Shown piece after piece: positions 46,282 to 57,402 of a stretch of 64,000 bases of DNA. The stretch is taken from the NCBI GenBank assembly GCA_965223545.1, contig OZ245006.1:1280001-1344000 (forward strand), in the 5' to 3' direction. The position numbers were made by a program, and so were the translations under genes. Source of the DNA: Planctomycetota bacterium. Its GTDB lineage: Bacteria; Planctomycetota; UBA1135; UBA2386. Positions within the stretch are counted from its first letter, which is position 1. The number at the start of each line of letters is the position of its first letter. Under the pieces are notes generated by a model, which saw nothing but the letters and a program-made list of their open reading frames with translations, did no database searches and was not told the DNA's origin.

Positions 46282-49200
46282 ATGACGCAGATCGAGACCG
46301 AGCGCACCGACGGGCCGGGGGGGACCGGCAGCCCGCCGGCCGGGAAGCCCGCCACAAGCCCCGCCGAGCCTCGCAAGTTCAAGCCGGAGCACAAGATCCG
46401 CCTGGTCACCGCGACCTCGTTGTTCGACGGCCACGACGCCTCGATCAACATCATGCGGCGGATTGCACAGGGCCTCGGCGCCGAGGTCATCCATCTCGGC
46501 CACAACCGGTCGGTCGGCGAGATCGTCGACGCCGCGGTGCAAGAGGACGCGCAGGGCATCGCGGTGACGTCCTACCAGGGCGGCCACCTCGAGTTCTTCA
46601 AGTACATGCACGACCTGTTGGCCGAGCGCGGCTGCGGTCACGTGCGGGTGTTCGGCGGTGGCGGCGGGGTGATCCTCGGCCAAGAGATCGAGGCGCTGCA
46701 CGCCTACGGGATCGAGCGGATCTACTCGCCGGACGACGGCCGCGCCATGGGCCTCGAGGGCATGCTGGCGGATCTACTGCGCCGCTGTGACTTCGCCCCC
46801 CCATCGGACGTCGACTGGGACGCGCTCAGCGCGGCGGATCCGGCGACCGTCGCCAGGGCCCTGACGGCTTGCGAGACGCAGCCCGAGACGGTGGCCGCTG
46901 CGCTGGCAGCGCGCAGCGGCAAGGGCGCACCCGTGCTGGGCATCACCGGGACTGGGGGAGCCGGCAAGAGCTCGCTGGTCGACGAGTTGATCCGCCGCTT
47001 CTTGGCCGATCGCGAGGAGCAGCACATCGCGGTGCTGTCGGTCGACCCGACCCGCCGCCGCACCGGCGGCGCGCTGCTCGGCGACCGGATCCGGATGAAC
47101 GCGCTGGATTCGCCACGAGCGTTCATGCGGTCGATGGCAACGCGCCAGGCCAATCTCGCGCTCGCCGGCTGCATCAACGAAGCCCTCGCCGTGCTCCGCG
47201 CGGCCGGGTTCGACTTGATCATCCTGGAGTCCTCCGGCATCGGCCAATCGGACACCGAGATCGTCGACTATTCACAGGTCAGCCTCTACGTGATGACGCC
47301 GGAGTACGGCGCCGCGACGCAGCTCGAGAAGATCGACATGTTGGACTACGCCGACATCGTCGCGATCAACAAGTTCGACCGTCGCGGTGCACAGGACGCA
47401 CTGCGCGATGTGACCAAGCAGATGCGGCGCAACCGCGCCGCATTCGACGGACCGGACGACGAGATCCCGGTGTACGGCACCATCGCATCGCAGTTCAACG
47501 ACGCCGGCACCAACCGACTGTACGCCGCGGTCATGGACAAGCTCGCGGCGAGCGGCGGCGACGGGACCGGCGACGCGCCATCGACGGATGGCGACTCCGA
47601 GCGGATCCGCATCATCCCACCCGCGCGGGTGCGCTACCTGGCAGAGATCGCCGAGGCCAACCGGTCCTACGATCGCTGGGTGGAGGAACAGAGCGATCTG
47701 GCGGGGAGACTGCACAAGCTGCGCGGCGCGCTCACCGAGATCGACGGGGATACCGGAGCACCGGCGGACGCGGCCAAGAGCTCGCTGCAACAGCACATCG
47801 ACTCCCTCGACGAAAAGCTCGCGCCCGAGGCGAAGACCGCGCTGCAGCGGTGGCCGGCCGTGGTCGAGAGCTACCAGGGCCCACTGCACACCTTCCAGGT
47901 GCGCGGCAAATCGGTGCAAGTGCAGCAGTCCAGCGAGACCCTTTCTCGCCAGAGCGTGCCCAAGGTCGCGCTTCCGCGCTACCGCGACGACGGCGACCTG
48001 CTGCGGTGGATTCTGTCGGAGAACGTGCCGGGCGAGTTCCCCTATGCGGCCGGTGTGTACCCGTTCAAGCGCGAGGGCGAGGAACCGACCCGGATGTTCG
48101 CCGGCGAGGGCGGGCCCGAGCGCACCAATCGCCGATTCCACTACGTCTCGTACGGGCAACCCGCCAAGCGGCTGTCCACCGCGTTCGACTCGGTCACCCT
48201 GTACGGCGAAGACCCCGCACTGCGCCCCGACATCTACGGCAAGATCGGCAACGCCGGCGTCTCGATCTGCACGCTCGACGACGCCAAGAAGCTGTACTCG
48301 GGCTTCGACTTGGCCGACCCGCGAACGTCGGTGTCGATGACGATCAACGGGCCCGCCCCCATGCTGCTGGGCTTCTTCATGAACGCGGCGGTGGACCAAC
48401 AGTGCGAGGTCTACATCCGCGAACAGGGCCTGACCGCGGACGTCGAGGCCAAGCTCGACGCGCTCTTCGCCGAGCGCGGTGCGCCGCGGCCGCGCTACGA
48501 GGGTGAGCTGCCGACCGGACACAACGGGCTCGGCCTGCTGCTGCTGGGCGCGACGGGCGACCAAGTCCTACCGGCCGACGTCTACCGCGAGATCCGCGGC
48601 CGGACCCTGCAAGCGGTCCGCGGCACGGTGCAGGCCGACATCCTCAAGGAGGACCAGGCCCAGAACACGTGCATCTTCTCCACCGAGTTCGCCCTGCGCA
48701 TGATGGGCGACATCCAGGAGTACTTCGTCGAGCACGGGGTTCGCAACTTCTACTCGGTCTCGATCTCCGGCTACCACATCGCCGAAGCCGGCGCCAACCC
48801 GATCACCCAGCTGGCGCTGACGCTCGCCAACGGCTTCACCTACGTGGAGTACTACTTGGCGCGCGGCATGCACATCGACGACTTCGCGCCCAACCTGTCG
48901 TTCTTCTTCAGCAACGGACTCGACCCCGAGTACGCCGTCATCGGCCGCGTCGCGCGCCGCATCTGGGCCAAGGCCATGCGCTACCGATACGGCGGCAACG
49001 CCCGCAGCCAGAAGCTGAAGTACCACATCCAGACGTCGGGCCGGTCGCTGCACGCGCAGGAGATCCAGTTCAACGACATCCGCACGACGCTGCAGGCGTT
49101 GTACGCGATCTACGACAACTGCCAGAGCCTGCACACCAACGCCTACGACGAGGCCATCACCACGCCCACCGAGGAATCCGTCCGCCGGGCGATGGCGATC

Positions 49201-49719
49201 CAGCTGATCATCAATCGCGAACTCGGCTTGGCCAAGAACGAGAACCCGTTGCAGGGCTCCTTCATCATCGAGCAGCTCAGCGATCTGGTCGAGGAAGCCG
49301 TGCTGCGCGAATTCGAGTCGATCGCCGAACGCGGCGGCGTGCTCGGCGCGATGGAGACGATGTACCAACGCGGCAAGATCCAGGACGAGTCGCTGCACTA
49401 CGAGAAGCTGAAGGCCTCGGGCGAGCTCCCGGTGATCGGCGTCAACACCTTCCTCGGCAAGGACGGCTCGCCGATCCAACGCGTCGAAGAGGTGATGCGT
49501 TCGAGCGAGGAAGAGAAGCGCTTCGCCATCGACTCCCTCGAGGCGTTCCAGCAGCGCAACCGCGAGCCGGCCGACCGCGCACTCGAGGCGCTGCAGCGGA
49601 CCGCGCTCTCGGGCGGCAATCTGTTCGACTCGCTGATGGAAGCCACCAAAGTGGCGTCGCTGGGACAGATCTCTGCGGCGCTCTACGGCGTCGGCGGACG
49701 CTACCGGCGCAACATGTAG
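46282..49719 (+). CDS. icmF: Fused isobutyryl-CoA mutase / MeaI GTPase chaperone
   Basis: B12-binding [13 protein letters not shown]-loop GTGGAGKSS with LLGDRIRMN and NKFD; mutase barrel [21 protein letters not shown]; ends GGRYRRNM. Confidence 0.96.
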   Translation: MTQIETERTDGPGGTGSPPAGKPATSPAEPRKFKPEHKIRLVTATSLFDGHDASINIMRRIAQGLGAEVIHLGHNRSVGEIVDAAVQEDAQGIAVTSYQGGHLEFFKYMHDLLAERGCGHVRVFGGGGGVILGQEIEALHAYGIERIYSPDDGRAMGLEGMLADLLRRCDFAPPSDVDWDALSAADPATVARALTACETQPETVAAALAARSGKGAPVLGITGTGGAGKSSLVDELIRRFLADREEQHIAVLSVDPTRRRTGGALLGDRIRMNALDSPRAFMRSMATRQANLALAGCINEALAVLRAAGFDLIILESSGIGQSDTEIVDYSQVSLYVMTPEYGAATQLEKIDMLDYADIVAINKFDRRGAQDALRDVTKQMRRNRAAFDGPDDEIPVYGTIASQFNDAGTNRLYAAVMDKLAASGGDGTGDAPSTDGDSERIRIIPPARVRYLAEIAEANRSYDRWVEEQSDLAGRLHKLRGALTEIDGDTGAPADAAKSSLQQHIDSLDEKLAPEAKTALQRWPAVVESYQGPLHTFQVRGKSVQVQQSSETLSRQSVPKVALPRYRDDGDLLRWILSENVPGEFPYAAGVYPFKREGEEPTRMFAGEGGPERTNRRFHYVSYGQPAKRLSTAFDSVTLYGEDPALRPDIYGKIGNAGVSICTLDDAKKLYSGFDLADPRTSVSMTINGPAPMLLGFFMNAAVDQQCEVYIREQGLTADVEAKLDALFAERGAPRPRYEGELPTGHNGLGLLLLGATGDQVLPADVYREIRGRTLQAVRGTVQADILKEDQAQNTCIFSTEFALRMMGDIQEYFVEHGVRNFYSVSISGYHIAEAGANPITQLALTLANGFTYVEYYLARGMHIDDFAPNLSFFFSNGLDPEYAVIGRVARRIWAKAMRYRYGGNARSQKLKYHIQTSGRSLHAQEIQFNDIRTTLQALYAIYDNCQSLHTNAYDEAITTPTEESVRRAMAIQLIINRELGLAKNENPLQGSFIIEQLSDLVEEAVLREFESIAERGGVLGAMETMYQRGKIQDESLHYEKLKASGELPVIGVNTFLGKDGSPIQRVEEVMRSSEEEKRFAIDSLEAFQQRNREPADRALEALQRTALSGGNLFDSLMEATKVASLGQISAALYGVGGRYRRNM

Positions 49720-49735
49720 TCCGATGGATCGGCCG

Positions 49736-50221
49736 CTACCGCGGCCGCACGACGTCGACCAGACGCCAGCCACCGGCCATCGCAGTCTGCCAGTCGCTGG
49801 CGTCGCTCTCACACAGAGCGGCGTAGGCGGTCTTCATCTCGACCGACTCCTCACACAGCTGCACGACGAGCTGCGCCCATCCGGGGTTGTGGCCGAGCAC
49901 CAAGACCGGGTCCGCGGTCGCGGGCTGCCCGATCAACGCGCGCACCACGGCCGCCGGGTCCGCCAGATAGAAGTCGGCCCGCAGCTCGACGTGGTCCGGC
50001 TCCGGCAGTTCGTCGGCCATCCGCTGCCAAGTCTCCACGGTCCGGCGCGCGTCGCTGCTGAGCACGCGCCGCGGCTGCCAGCCGCGCTCGGCCAAGGCCG
50101 CCGCAACCGTCGGCGCTGCGCGCCGACCCCGGCCGTTGAGCGGCCGCTCGTGGTCCGCCATGCCGGGATCGCTCCACGAGCTCTTGGCGTGCCGCATGAC
50201 GATCAATCGCATGCGGTCCAT
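49736..50221 (-). CDS. SixA-like histidine phosphatase
   Basis: LIVMRHAKSSW, DHERPLNGRG, LSSDARRTVET, VLGHNP. Confidence 0.88.
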   Translation of the reverse strand: MDRMRLIVMRHAKSSWSDPGMADHERPLNGRGRRAAPTVAAALAERGWQPRRVLSSDARRTVETWQRMADELPEPDHVELRADFYLADPAAVVRALIGQPATADPVLVLGHNPGWAQLVVQLCEESVEMKTAYAALCESDASDWQTAMAGGWRLVDVVRPR

Positions 50222-50249
50222 TGTCGCGGAGCCGAGCGCCGCGGCAATC

Positions 50250-50741
50250 CTACGCCGCGACCACCGCCGCCCGTTGCTCGACCAACCCGGAAGCCCATAC
50301 GGCAATCGGCACCGACACCGGCAGGACCACCGCCACGACGGGCACACCGACCGCGATGAACATCACCGGCAACGTCACCACCCCGACCACGACGGCCGCC
50401 GCCATGGTCAGCGCGACGTCAGTGATCGCGAACCTGGTCAAGAACCTCCGCCGCGACCAGTGCCCCGCCGCCGCGGAACCCGCGGCGGCCTGCAACGCCC
50501 GGGCATGCCAGTGGCCGATGAGGCCGCGCGCGAACGCCCCGGGTGCCGCGCACGCGAGCCCCTCGACGAAACCACACGGGGCGTAGGTCCCCCAATAGAA
50601 CGCGCGGGAAGCCTCGGCGCTGAAGATGGCGGCAGCGACCACCGCGGCAGCGGCAGCGGCCACCCAGTGCACGAGCCGAAACCGCGCAACGATCGTCTCC
50701 AGCTCCGATCGAGATCGTGCGTCCCCGGTCATCCTGGGCAT
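50250..50741 (-). CDS. Hypothetical multi-pass membrane protein
   Basis: Three to four hydrophobic segments; fills the gap between called genes; no recognised family. Confidence 0.5.
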   Translation of the reverse strand: MPRMTGDARSRSELETIVARFRLVHWVAAAAAAVVAAAIFSAEASRAFYWGTYAPCGFVEGLACAAPGAFARGLIGHWHARALQAAAGSAAAGHWSRRRFLTRFAITDVALTMAAAVVVGVVTLPVMFIAVGVPVVAVVLPVSVPIAVWASGLVEQRAAVVAA

Positions 50742-50827
50742 GATCGGCACATCTTCGCCGATCCCTCGCCGGGCGTCCCCTTTCCGTCTCAATCACGTAC
50801 ACTCGGCTCTCCTCGACCCTTGACGCC

Positions 50828-51514
50828 ATGCCGATCACCACACTTTGTTCTGGTCTGGGCTGCACCGCGCTCGGCATTCTCGCGCTCGCCGCTCTGCAGA
50901 CGAGCTGCGCGATCCCGATCGGCGCCACTGCCGGCCAGGATCCTACGGGCCTGGACTCCGCCCAACACCGCCGGCAGGCGCGCGAGCGCGCCCGCGCCGG
51001 CCGGCGGTGGACGGGACAGGTGCACGCCCAAATCGGCGGCCGAGACTTGGACAGCTCCTGGGGCCGCAACGACAACCCGTTCGCGTTCGGCGTGGAGGGC
51101 GTCCTGCGCCCGGCCGACGCATGGATCGGCGTCGAGAGTGGCCTGACGGCCAGCTTCGATCGCACCCGGACGACCGAAGCCGGCGGGGTACGCCGGCGCG
51201 AGGACGCGGCGTTGACCGAGTTCTACATCGGCCCGCGCCTGATGGCCGATCTGGGCGCCGTGCAGCCCTACGTCGGCGGCGGCATCTCCGCGCTGTACGC
51301 CGACGTGGAGCGGACGTCGGGCTTCTTCATCGCCGAAGACGACGACTCGACCATCGGCGGCTACGTCCACGGCGGCTTGCTCTTCCCGGTGCACGACCAC
51401 GTCCACTTCGGCATCGACGTCCGCGCCACCTGGGGCGGCGACCTCGACCTGTTCGCCAGCGACCGCGATCCCGACTATCTGCAGGTGGCGGCGGTGATCG
51501 GCGGCAGCTGGTAG
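50828..51514 (+). CDS. Outer-membrane beta-barrel protein (OmpA/OmpW-like, about 8 strands)
   Basis: Alternating beta-strands, VQPYVGGG motif, C-terminal Trp; possible lipobox LQTSC. Confidence 0.75.
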   Translation: MPITTLCSGLGCTALGILALAALQTSCAIPIGATAGQDPTGLDSAQHRRQARERARAGRRWTGQVHAQIGGRDLDSSWGRNDNPFAFGVEGVLRPADAWIGVESGLTASFDRTRTTEAGGVRRREDAALTEFYIGPRLMADLGAVQPYVGGGISALYADVERTSGFFIAEDDDSTIGGYVHGGLLFPVHDHVHFGIDVRATWGGDLDLFASDRDPDYLQVAAVIGGSW

Positions 51515-51539
51515 CGCGACCGACGGAAGCACCACTTCG

Positions 51540-51824
51540 TCACTGCTCGACGATCTCCAGTAGGCCGTGCCCGATGTCACGCAGCCGGCCGAGCTCGACC
51601 AACCGCTCCCAGACCTCGGCTGGATACTGTTCCGGAGGCCGGACGGCGCTGATCGTCGACCGCTCGCCCTTGGTGAGGGCATCGCCACCCAAACGCGACT
51701 CTTCGTCCAAGCGAGCCAGCTTGAGCCGCTTGCGGAACGCCTTCATCGCGCGCTTGAGCGTCTCCTTGGTGAGGGAGCCGTCGTCGTTGCGCTCGACCAG
51801 GGCGGGGTTGGGTTTGCCTGACAC
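51540..51824 (-). CDS. Small basic conserved hypothetical protein
   Basis: LKRAMKAFRKRLKLARLDEESRLGG...PPEQYPAEVWERLVELGRL; good codon pattern. Confidence 0.7.
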   Translation of the reverse strand: MSGKPNPALVERNDDGSLTKETLKRAMKAFRKRLKLARLDEESRLGGDALTKGERSTISAVRPPEQYPAEVWERLVELGRLRDIGHGLLEIVEQ

Positions 51825-51887
51825 GGCGTGGGCCTCTTGGTTGCGGGTCGCCCGCACCTTAGCCGCGGCGCGGCGGCACGGCCAGGG

Positions 51888-52307
51888 TCAACGGCGCACG
51901 GCGGTGCCCAGCATCTCGAACCGGGCTCCGCGCAGCAGTGGCCCGGAGCCGATGAAGGCGCGGCTGGGGAACACGCCCTCGAACCGCTCGCGGTACAGGT
52001 CGTTGAACACACCGTACAGACTCACGTCGCTGCAGTACACCTGCACCGCGACCAGGTCGTCCATGGTCATTCCGGCCCGCGCCATCGTCGCGGCGAAGCG
52101 ATCGAGTAGCAGACGGACCTCGTCGGCCGGGTCCGCCGGTACGCGGCCGTCGCCATCCACCCCCAGGTGGCCGGCGACGTGCAGCGTGTCGCCGACGCGC
52201 ACCGCGCTGCTGAACGGCAAGGTGGGATCGGGGGCAGAGAACACCTCCACCGGCGAGGCGCAGGCGACGAGGAGGCAGAGGGCGGCAACAGCGGCGTGAC
52301 GGAGCAT
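51888..52307 (-). CDS. RidA/YjgF-family protein with a lipoprotein signal
   Basis: LCLLVAC lipobox; PFSSAVRVGDTLHVAG, FNDLY, FPSRAFIG (catalytic Arg), ARFE. Confidence 0.88.
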   Translation of the reverse strand: MLRHAAVAALCLLVACASPVEVFSAPDPTLPFSSAVRVGDTLHVAGHLGVDGDGRVPADPADEVRLLLDRFAATMARAGMTMDDLVAVQVYCSDVSLYGVFNDLYRERFEGVFPSRAFIGSGPLLRGARFEMLGTAVRR

Positions 52308-52363
52308 GCCGCGATTGTCGGCGCCCGGCAGCCGGCGGCGCAAGCGAGCGCTCGGCCTCTCGC

Positions 52364-53539
52364 CTACCCCAGCGACTCGAATCGCGCGCACACCTCGTCG
52401 AGCACCGCGTCGGTCACCGCGAACTGGAAGCGCAGCTGACGCACGTCGGCCTCGTCGCGGTAGAACAGATGGCCGGGCACGCCGTTGACGCCGATGCGCT
52501 CGATCAGCGCCAACGCCGCCTCGGCCGGCGGCATGTCGCCGAGCACATCGCGGTAGTCGGCGAGCACGTAGTAGGCCCCCTGGGGTGGCCGCGCCCGGAA
52601 CCCACCGCGCTGCAATGCCGCACAGAAGCGGTCGCGCCGCGCCTGATAGCCCGCTTGCAGGTCGCTGTAGAACGTCGCCGGCAGCTCGCGCAACGCCCGC
52701 TCGACACCGCGCTGCAACGGCCGGGGCGCGCAGACATTGACCTGATCGAACACTCTCCCCGCCGCCTCGACGAACGCCGCCGGCCCGGCGAGGTAGCCGA
52801 TCCGCCACCCGGTGATCGAGAACGTCTTGCTGAAGCCACCGAGGGTGAGCGTGCGGTCGGTCAGCTCCGGCACCGCCGCAGGAGAGACGTGGGTGCGGCC
52901 GTCGAAGCACATGTACTCGTAGACCTCGTCGGTCAGCACCAGCACGTCGGTGTCCGCCAGCGCTGCCGCCAGCGCGCGCAGCTCGGCAGTGCTGAACACC
53001 TTGCCGGACGGATTCCCCGGCGTGTTGACGACGACGGCGCGGGTCCGCGGCGTGAGGACCGCGCGCAACGCGGCGGGGTCGAACTCGTAGTCCTCGCCGC
53101 GCAGCGCCACGTACACCGGCTCCGCGCCCAGCAGCCGCAGCTGGGTCTGGTGATAGGAGTAGAACGGCTCGAACAGCACGACCTCGTCGCCGGGCTCGAA
53201 CAGCGCCAGGCCGGCGGCGAAGAACGCACCCGAGGACCCGGTCGTCACCATCACCTGGGAGGGTTCGAGCTCGATGCCGTTGAACGCCGCCAGCTTGGCT
53301 CGGATCGCCGACCGCAGCTCGGGGATGCCGGCGTAGTGGGTGTAGGTCTGGCGGTCGCCGCCGTCGATCGACGCGACCGCACCGGCCCGCAGCGCGACGG
53401 GCGCATCGAGATCACAGACACCCTGACCGAGGTTGATCCCGCCGGGCACCTTGTTGATGACCTCGGTCAGCGAGCGCAGCGGGTTGTCGGCGTCGAGATG
53501 CGCACGGCGGCGCGCCAGGCGGGCGAACGGGGAGGACAT
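52364..53539 (-). CDS. PLP-dependent aminotransferase class I/II
   Basis: INLGQG, NTPGNPSG, DEVYE, FSKTFSITGWRIGY. Confidence 0.93.
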   Translation of the reverse strand: MSSPFARLARRRAHLDADNPLRSLTEVINKVPGGINLGQGVCDLDAPVALRAGAVASIDGGDRQTYTHYAGIPELRSAIRAKLAAFNGIELEPSQVMVTTGSSGAFFAAGLALFEPGDEVVLFEPFYSYHQTQLRLLGAEPVYVALRGEDYEFDPAALRAVLTPRTRAVVVNTPGNPSGKVFSTAELRALAAALADTDVLVLTDEVYEYMCFDGRTHVSPAAVPELTDRTLTLGGFSKTFSITGWRIGYLAGPAAFVEAAGRVFDQVNVCAPRPLQRGVERALRELPATFYSDLQAGYQARRDRFCAALQRGGFRARPPQGAYYVLADYRDVLGDMPPAEAALALIERIGVNGVPGHLFYRDEADVRQLRFQFAVTDAVLDEVCARFESLG

Positions 53540-53604
53540 TCTCCGGCGATGGTAGCGCCGGTCGCCCTCGCCGCACGCGGCACGCCGAGCTATCGTCGCC
53601 GGGC

Positions 53605-54516
53605 ATGCGCATCCTGGTCTCCGGCGCCAGCGGACTGGTCGGCACCGCGGCGGTGAAGGCGCTCACCGCCGACGGCCACAGCATCACTCGGTTGGTGCGC
53701 AACCAACCCAGTAACCCCGGCGAAGTGCGCTGGGATCCCGCCGCCGCGGTGCTGGAACCAAGCGACATCGACGGCCACGACGCGGTGCTGCACCTGGCCG
53801 GCGAGAACATTGCCACCGGCCGTTGGACCGCGGAGAAGAAGCGGCGGATCCGACAGAGCCGGGTCGACGGCACCGAGCTCTTGTGTGGCGCGCTGGCGGC
53901 CACCGAGCGCCCGCCCTCGGTCTTCATCGGTGCTTCGGCCATCGGCTACTACGGAGCCCAGCGCGGCGACGAGGTGCTGGTCGAGGACAGCCCCGCCGGC
54001 GACGACTTCCTCGCCGAGGTGTGCGCCGCGTGGGAGTCCGCGTCGGAGGCCTGTCCCGCGCAAGCCCGGCGCGTGATCCTCCGACTCGGAGTGGTGCTGT
54101 CCGCCGAGGGCGGCATGCTCGAGAAGCTGTTGCCGATCTTCCGCCTTGGCCTCGGCGGCCGGGTCGGCAGCGGCCGACAGTACTTCAGCTGGATCGCCAT
54201 CGACGACGTCGTCGGCGTGATCCGGCACGCGCTCGAGGACGGCGGCATGCACGGCGTGCACAACACAGTGAGCCCCGAACCGGTCACCAATGCCTCGTTC
54301 ACCCAGACCCTCGCCCGCGTGCTGCGCAGACCCGCTTGGTTGCCGGTGCCTGCGTTCGCCCTGCGCTTGGCGCTCGGCGAAATGGGCGAGGCGCTGCCGC
54401 TGTCCAGCAACCGCGTGCTGCCGCGCGCCCTGAGCGAACGCGGCTACCGCTTCGTCCACCCCCGACTCGAGCCCGCCCTGCACTCACTGCTGGGCGCGAA
54501 CCATGAGACCGCCTGA
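53605..54516 (+). CDS. TIGR01777-family NAD-dependent epimerase (YfcH-like)
   Basis: ILVSGASGLVG, HLAGENI, SAIGYYG, GGRVGSGRQYFSWI. Confidence 0.92.
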   Translation: MRILVSGASGLVGTAAVKALTADGHSITRLVRNQPSNPGEVRWDPAAAVLEPSDIDGHDAVLHLAGENIATGRWTAEKKRRIRQSRVDGTELLCGALAATERPPSVFIGASAIGYYGAQRGDEVLVEDSPAGDDFLAEVCAAWESASEACPAQARRVILRLGVVLSAEGGMLEKLLPIFRLGLGGRVGSGRQYFSWIAIDDVVGVIRHALEDGGMHGVHNTVSPEPVTNASFTQTLARVLRRPAWLPVPAFALRLALGEMGEALPLSSNRVLPRALSERGYRFVHPRLEPALHSLLGANHETA

Positions 54517-55024
54517 AACAGATCCTGCAGACGCGCTGACCCGCTGCATCCACGCCGAGTTTCGGCGCCGGATGCTCGAGGAGTACGTGCCCCGCATCGA
54601 GGGTTGCGTCCGGCGGCTTTCCCAGGCCGAGGTCTGGCAACGCCCCAACGCCCACTGCAACAGCGTGGGCAACCTGCTGCTGCACCTCGAAGGCAATGTC
54701 CGGCAGTGGATCCTCGCCGGCCTCGACGGACGTCCCAATGGGCGGCGAAGAAACGCCGAGTTCGCCGCCACCGGCGACGACGCCGCTCCCGCGCCCGACG
54801 ACATGCTGGCGGCTCTCCGCGCGACGGTCACCGACGCCGTCGGTGTCGTCGAGCGTCTTGTGGCCTCCGACCTACTCCGCGTCCGGACCTATCAGGGCCA
54901 ATTCGAAGAGACCGGCGTCGGCGCGGTGCTGCACGTGATGGAGCACTTCGCCGGACACGCAGGACAGATCTACGACCGCACCAAGCAGCTCCGCGCGGTC
55001 GACCTGCGCCACTACGATCTGTGA
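54503..55024 (+). CDS. DinB/DUF1572-family protein
   Basis: NSVGNLLLHLEGNVRQW, RRRNAEF, HVMEHFAGHAGQI. Confidence 0.88.
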   Translation: MRPPETDPADALTRCIHAEFRRRMLEEYVPRIEGCVRRLSQAEVWQRPNAHCNSVGNLLLHLEGNVRQWILAGLDGRPNGRRRNAEFAATGDDAAPAPDDMLAALRATVTDAVGVVERLVASDLLRVRTYQGQFEETGVGAVLHVMEHFAGHAGQIYDRTKQLRAVDLRHYDL

Positions 55025-55027
55025 TCG

Positions 55028-57211
55028 CTACGGCTGGGCGCCGGCCCGGTACACGACGCGGTGGATGCCCTTGTCCGTTCCCGAGAGGTAGTCGAATCGG
55101 CCATCTTCGTGGACGCGGCCGACCAGCGTGTCATGTGGTTTGCGTCCAAGGAGCAACGCGCTGCCACTGCGGCCCATCGACGGGCGGGTCAACGGTGGGT
55201 ATTCGGTGAGGCACGTGATCCCGTCCAACGACAGGCCATTGACCGGCGACAGAGGGTCTGTTGGACGACCGGCCGGCGTGAGGGTGCGCCACATCGCGAG
55301 GTGGACTCCCTGCGGGCACGCGCGCAGGTGACCGACCTCCTGCCGTTGGCCGATCGGGACGAAGTGCGCAACCTCTCCGTCGCGGTAGAACTCGAGCACG
55401 GGCAGCCGATTCTTGCGCGGCGTCCCGACCGAGACCGGCACGCCGTAGCGCACCCAGTAAAGACCCGGCTTGCCGTTCTCGGTCACGCGGTCTTCGGCAA
55501 GGTGAGGCGCGATCCTCAGCCGGTCCTTCGCTGAATCGGCGAGTCGAGCGAAGCGCTCGCCGTTCAAGTACATCCAAGCACCCTGCTCTTCCGCCTCCAG
55601 GTCCCGAGCGGCAAAGCCGACGACGCACGCGTAGTGGGACCCGTCTCGGCTGAACACGGGAGCGTCGATTTGCGTGGCTCCGTGCAACCGGTGGACGCCG
55701 TCGTTGCTGATCAAGCTCCAACTGAAGTCGGAAGTGGCCCGACCTCCTCCATCGGCGCCGTTGACGACCACGGCGAAGCGCCCGCTCTCGTGTGCCGCGA
55801 CGACGTTGACGCGGCCAAGGGCGACCTCCTCTTCCTTGCCGGGTCTGCAGAGGAAGACGCGCTTGCCGACCGTGGCGACGTAGGTCGGGGCCGTGTCGCC
55901 AGGAGTGAAACCGACGTGGCGCACGGTCTCGTACTCGTTGCCGATGCCCTCCGCGGTGGCTACGGCAAGCCCGCCACCGGTCTTCGTAACGAACGCGACT
56001 TGACCACCATTCGACACCACGGGAGCGTTGCCGGCACTCCAATCCAACGGAGCGTGCTCGAGTTCCACGCCCTGGTGCACGACTGCGAGCTCGTTGCGCC
56101 GCCCGTCCTCCGTCCGCCGCTGCCTCGGGTAGACGAAGTGTTGCCCATCAGGGCTGAACACGGGCAGCCCGTCACAACCATCCAGCGGCTCCATCCCCTC
56201 GACGAGGAGCCGGCCGCCGGTCGCCGTGACCTCGTGGATCACCAGGCGCCCATCCGGTGCCACGGCAATCAGGTCGCCCTGACCGGCCAGCTCGCCCTCG
56301 ACGTAGACGGCGTAGTTGGGCACACCACCCTCCCCGCGGCCATTGCGACCGCGCGCCACCCAGCGCTCGTCGGCCAAGAACAGCAACTCGCCCATCCACT
56401 CGGCCTGCACCACGACCTCGCCGTCGACGACGACGACGTGCTCCAACTCCCCGGTGCGCATGCCGAAGTAGCCGAACCGCTTGCCGGACGGCGAGAACGC
56501 GAGCGCCTCGGTCGGCGGTTGCGCCAGCTCGGGCCCCTCGCGCCCATCGATCACGACGACGTAGCGGTCGCCGCGCCGGCCGATGTAGGCCAACCGATGT
56601 CCGGTTGGCCCGAGGACGAGCCCCGGCATCTCCAGGATCTCGTCGAAAGTCGGCCCGGTACTGCCGCCGAACTCCACCGCCACGCGGCTGCCCACCGGTC
56701 GGGTGATGGCGGCACGCTGCAAGTCGTCGGACACCGCGACGTGAGTCCGCATTTCGTCCACGTCGGTCGTGAAGCTGCCCGGCCGATCGTGGACCTTCAT
56801 GCGCTTCGACCAGCGCCCTTTCCACTCGATCAGCGGGCTCACATCCAGCGGCTGGAGATCCGTGAGCTCGATCCCCGAGGCACTGGCGGGCTGCGCAGCG
56901 CCCGTCGCCCCCTGGTCGACCGCCGGCTCCGCGCGCGGGTCACCATCGGCGACGCGCGGATCGGCCGGGCGCTTGTAGGGTTGCTTCGAGGTCGGCGTCT
57001 CGGCAGCGGGCGGGGCCTTGCCGGCCGGCGACGTCTCCGCGGCAGGCGGCGTCTCCGCGGCCACGTCGAACAGCTCCCCAACCGTGCGCTTTGCGCTCTC
57101 CAGCCCTTCTTGGATGGCGCCACAGCCGGGCGCGGCGACCAGCAAGAAGACGGGAAGCAGGACCATGGCGGCAGCGAACGCCACAGTGCGATGGGCGGGT
57201 GGTTGGAGCAT
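55028..57211 (-). CDS. Lipoprotein with WD40/TolB-like beta-propeller repeats
   Basis: Lipobox-like VAAPGC; Pro/Ala linker; repeats FSPSGKRFGY, FSPDGQHFVY, FSRDGSHYA. Confidence 0.75.
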   Translation of the reverse strand: MLQPPAHRTVAFAAAMVLLPVFLLVAAPGCGAIQEGLESAKRTVGELFDVAAETPPAAETSPAGKAPPAAETPTSKQPYKRPADPRVADGDPRAEPAVDQGATGAAQPASASGIELTDLQPLDVSPLIEWKGRWSKRMKVHDRPGSFTTDVDEMRTHVAVSDDLQRAAITRPVGSRVAVEFGGSTGPTFDEILEMPGLVLGPTGHRLAYIGRRGDRYVVVIDGREGPELAQPPTEALAFSPSGKRFGYFGMRTGELEHVVVVDGEVVVQAEWMGELLFLADERWVARGRNGRGEGGVPNYAVYVEGELAGQGDLIAVAPDGRLVIHEVTATGGRLLVEGMEPLDGCDGLPVFSPDGQHFVYPRQRRTEDGRRNELAVVHQGVELEHAPLDWSAGNAPVVSNGGQVAFVTKTGGGLAVATAEGIGNEYETVRHVGFTPGDTAPTYVATVGKRVFLCRPGKEEEVALGRVNVVAAHESGRFAVVVNGADGGGRATSDFSWSLISNDGVHRLHGATQIDAPVFSRDGSHYACVVGFAARDLEAEEQGAWMYLNGERFARLADSAKDRLRIAPHLAEDRVTENGKPGLYWVRYGVPVSVGTPRKNRLPVLEFYRDGEVAHFVPIGQRQEVGHLRACPQGVHLAMWRTLTPAGRPTDPLSPVNGLSLDGITCLTEYPPLTRPSMGRSGSALLLGRKPHDTLVGRVHEDGRFDYLSGTDKGIHRVVYRAGAQP

Positions 57212-57402
57212 GGGAGACCTCGATGGACGGTCGACGACGACGGGGTCGCCGCCCCGCGCTCGCGGGGCGGACACCGGCCTGACCGACCAGGCGTTCGTCA
57301 TACCATGCGTAGGGGGCCCCCCGCTACCGCACCGATTTTCGCGGCAACGCCAGTCTCTCCCCAACCGCCCACCACAAGGCGGGCTCGCGGCAGGCGTGGC
57401 GG

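Noticed and set aside
56990..57065. Repeated GGCGTCTC(C/G)GC units
   Set aside because: They encode the AAET(P/S)P linker of the lipoprotein.
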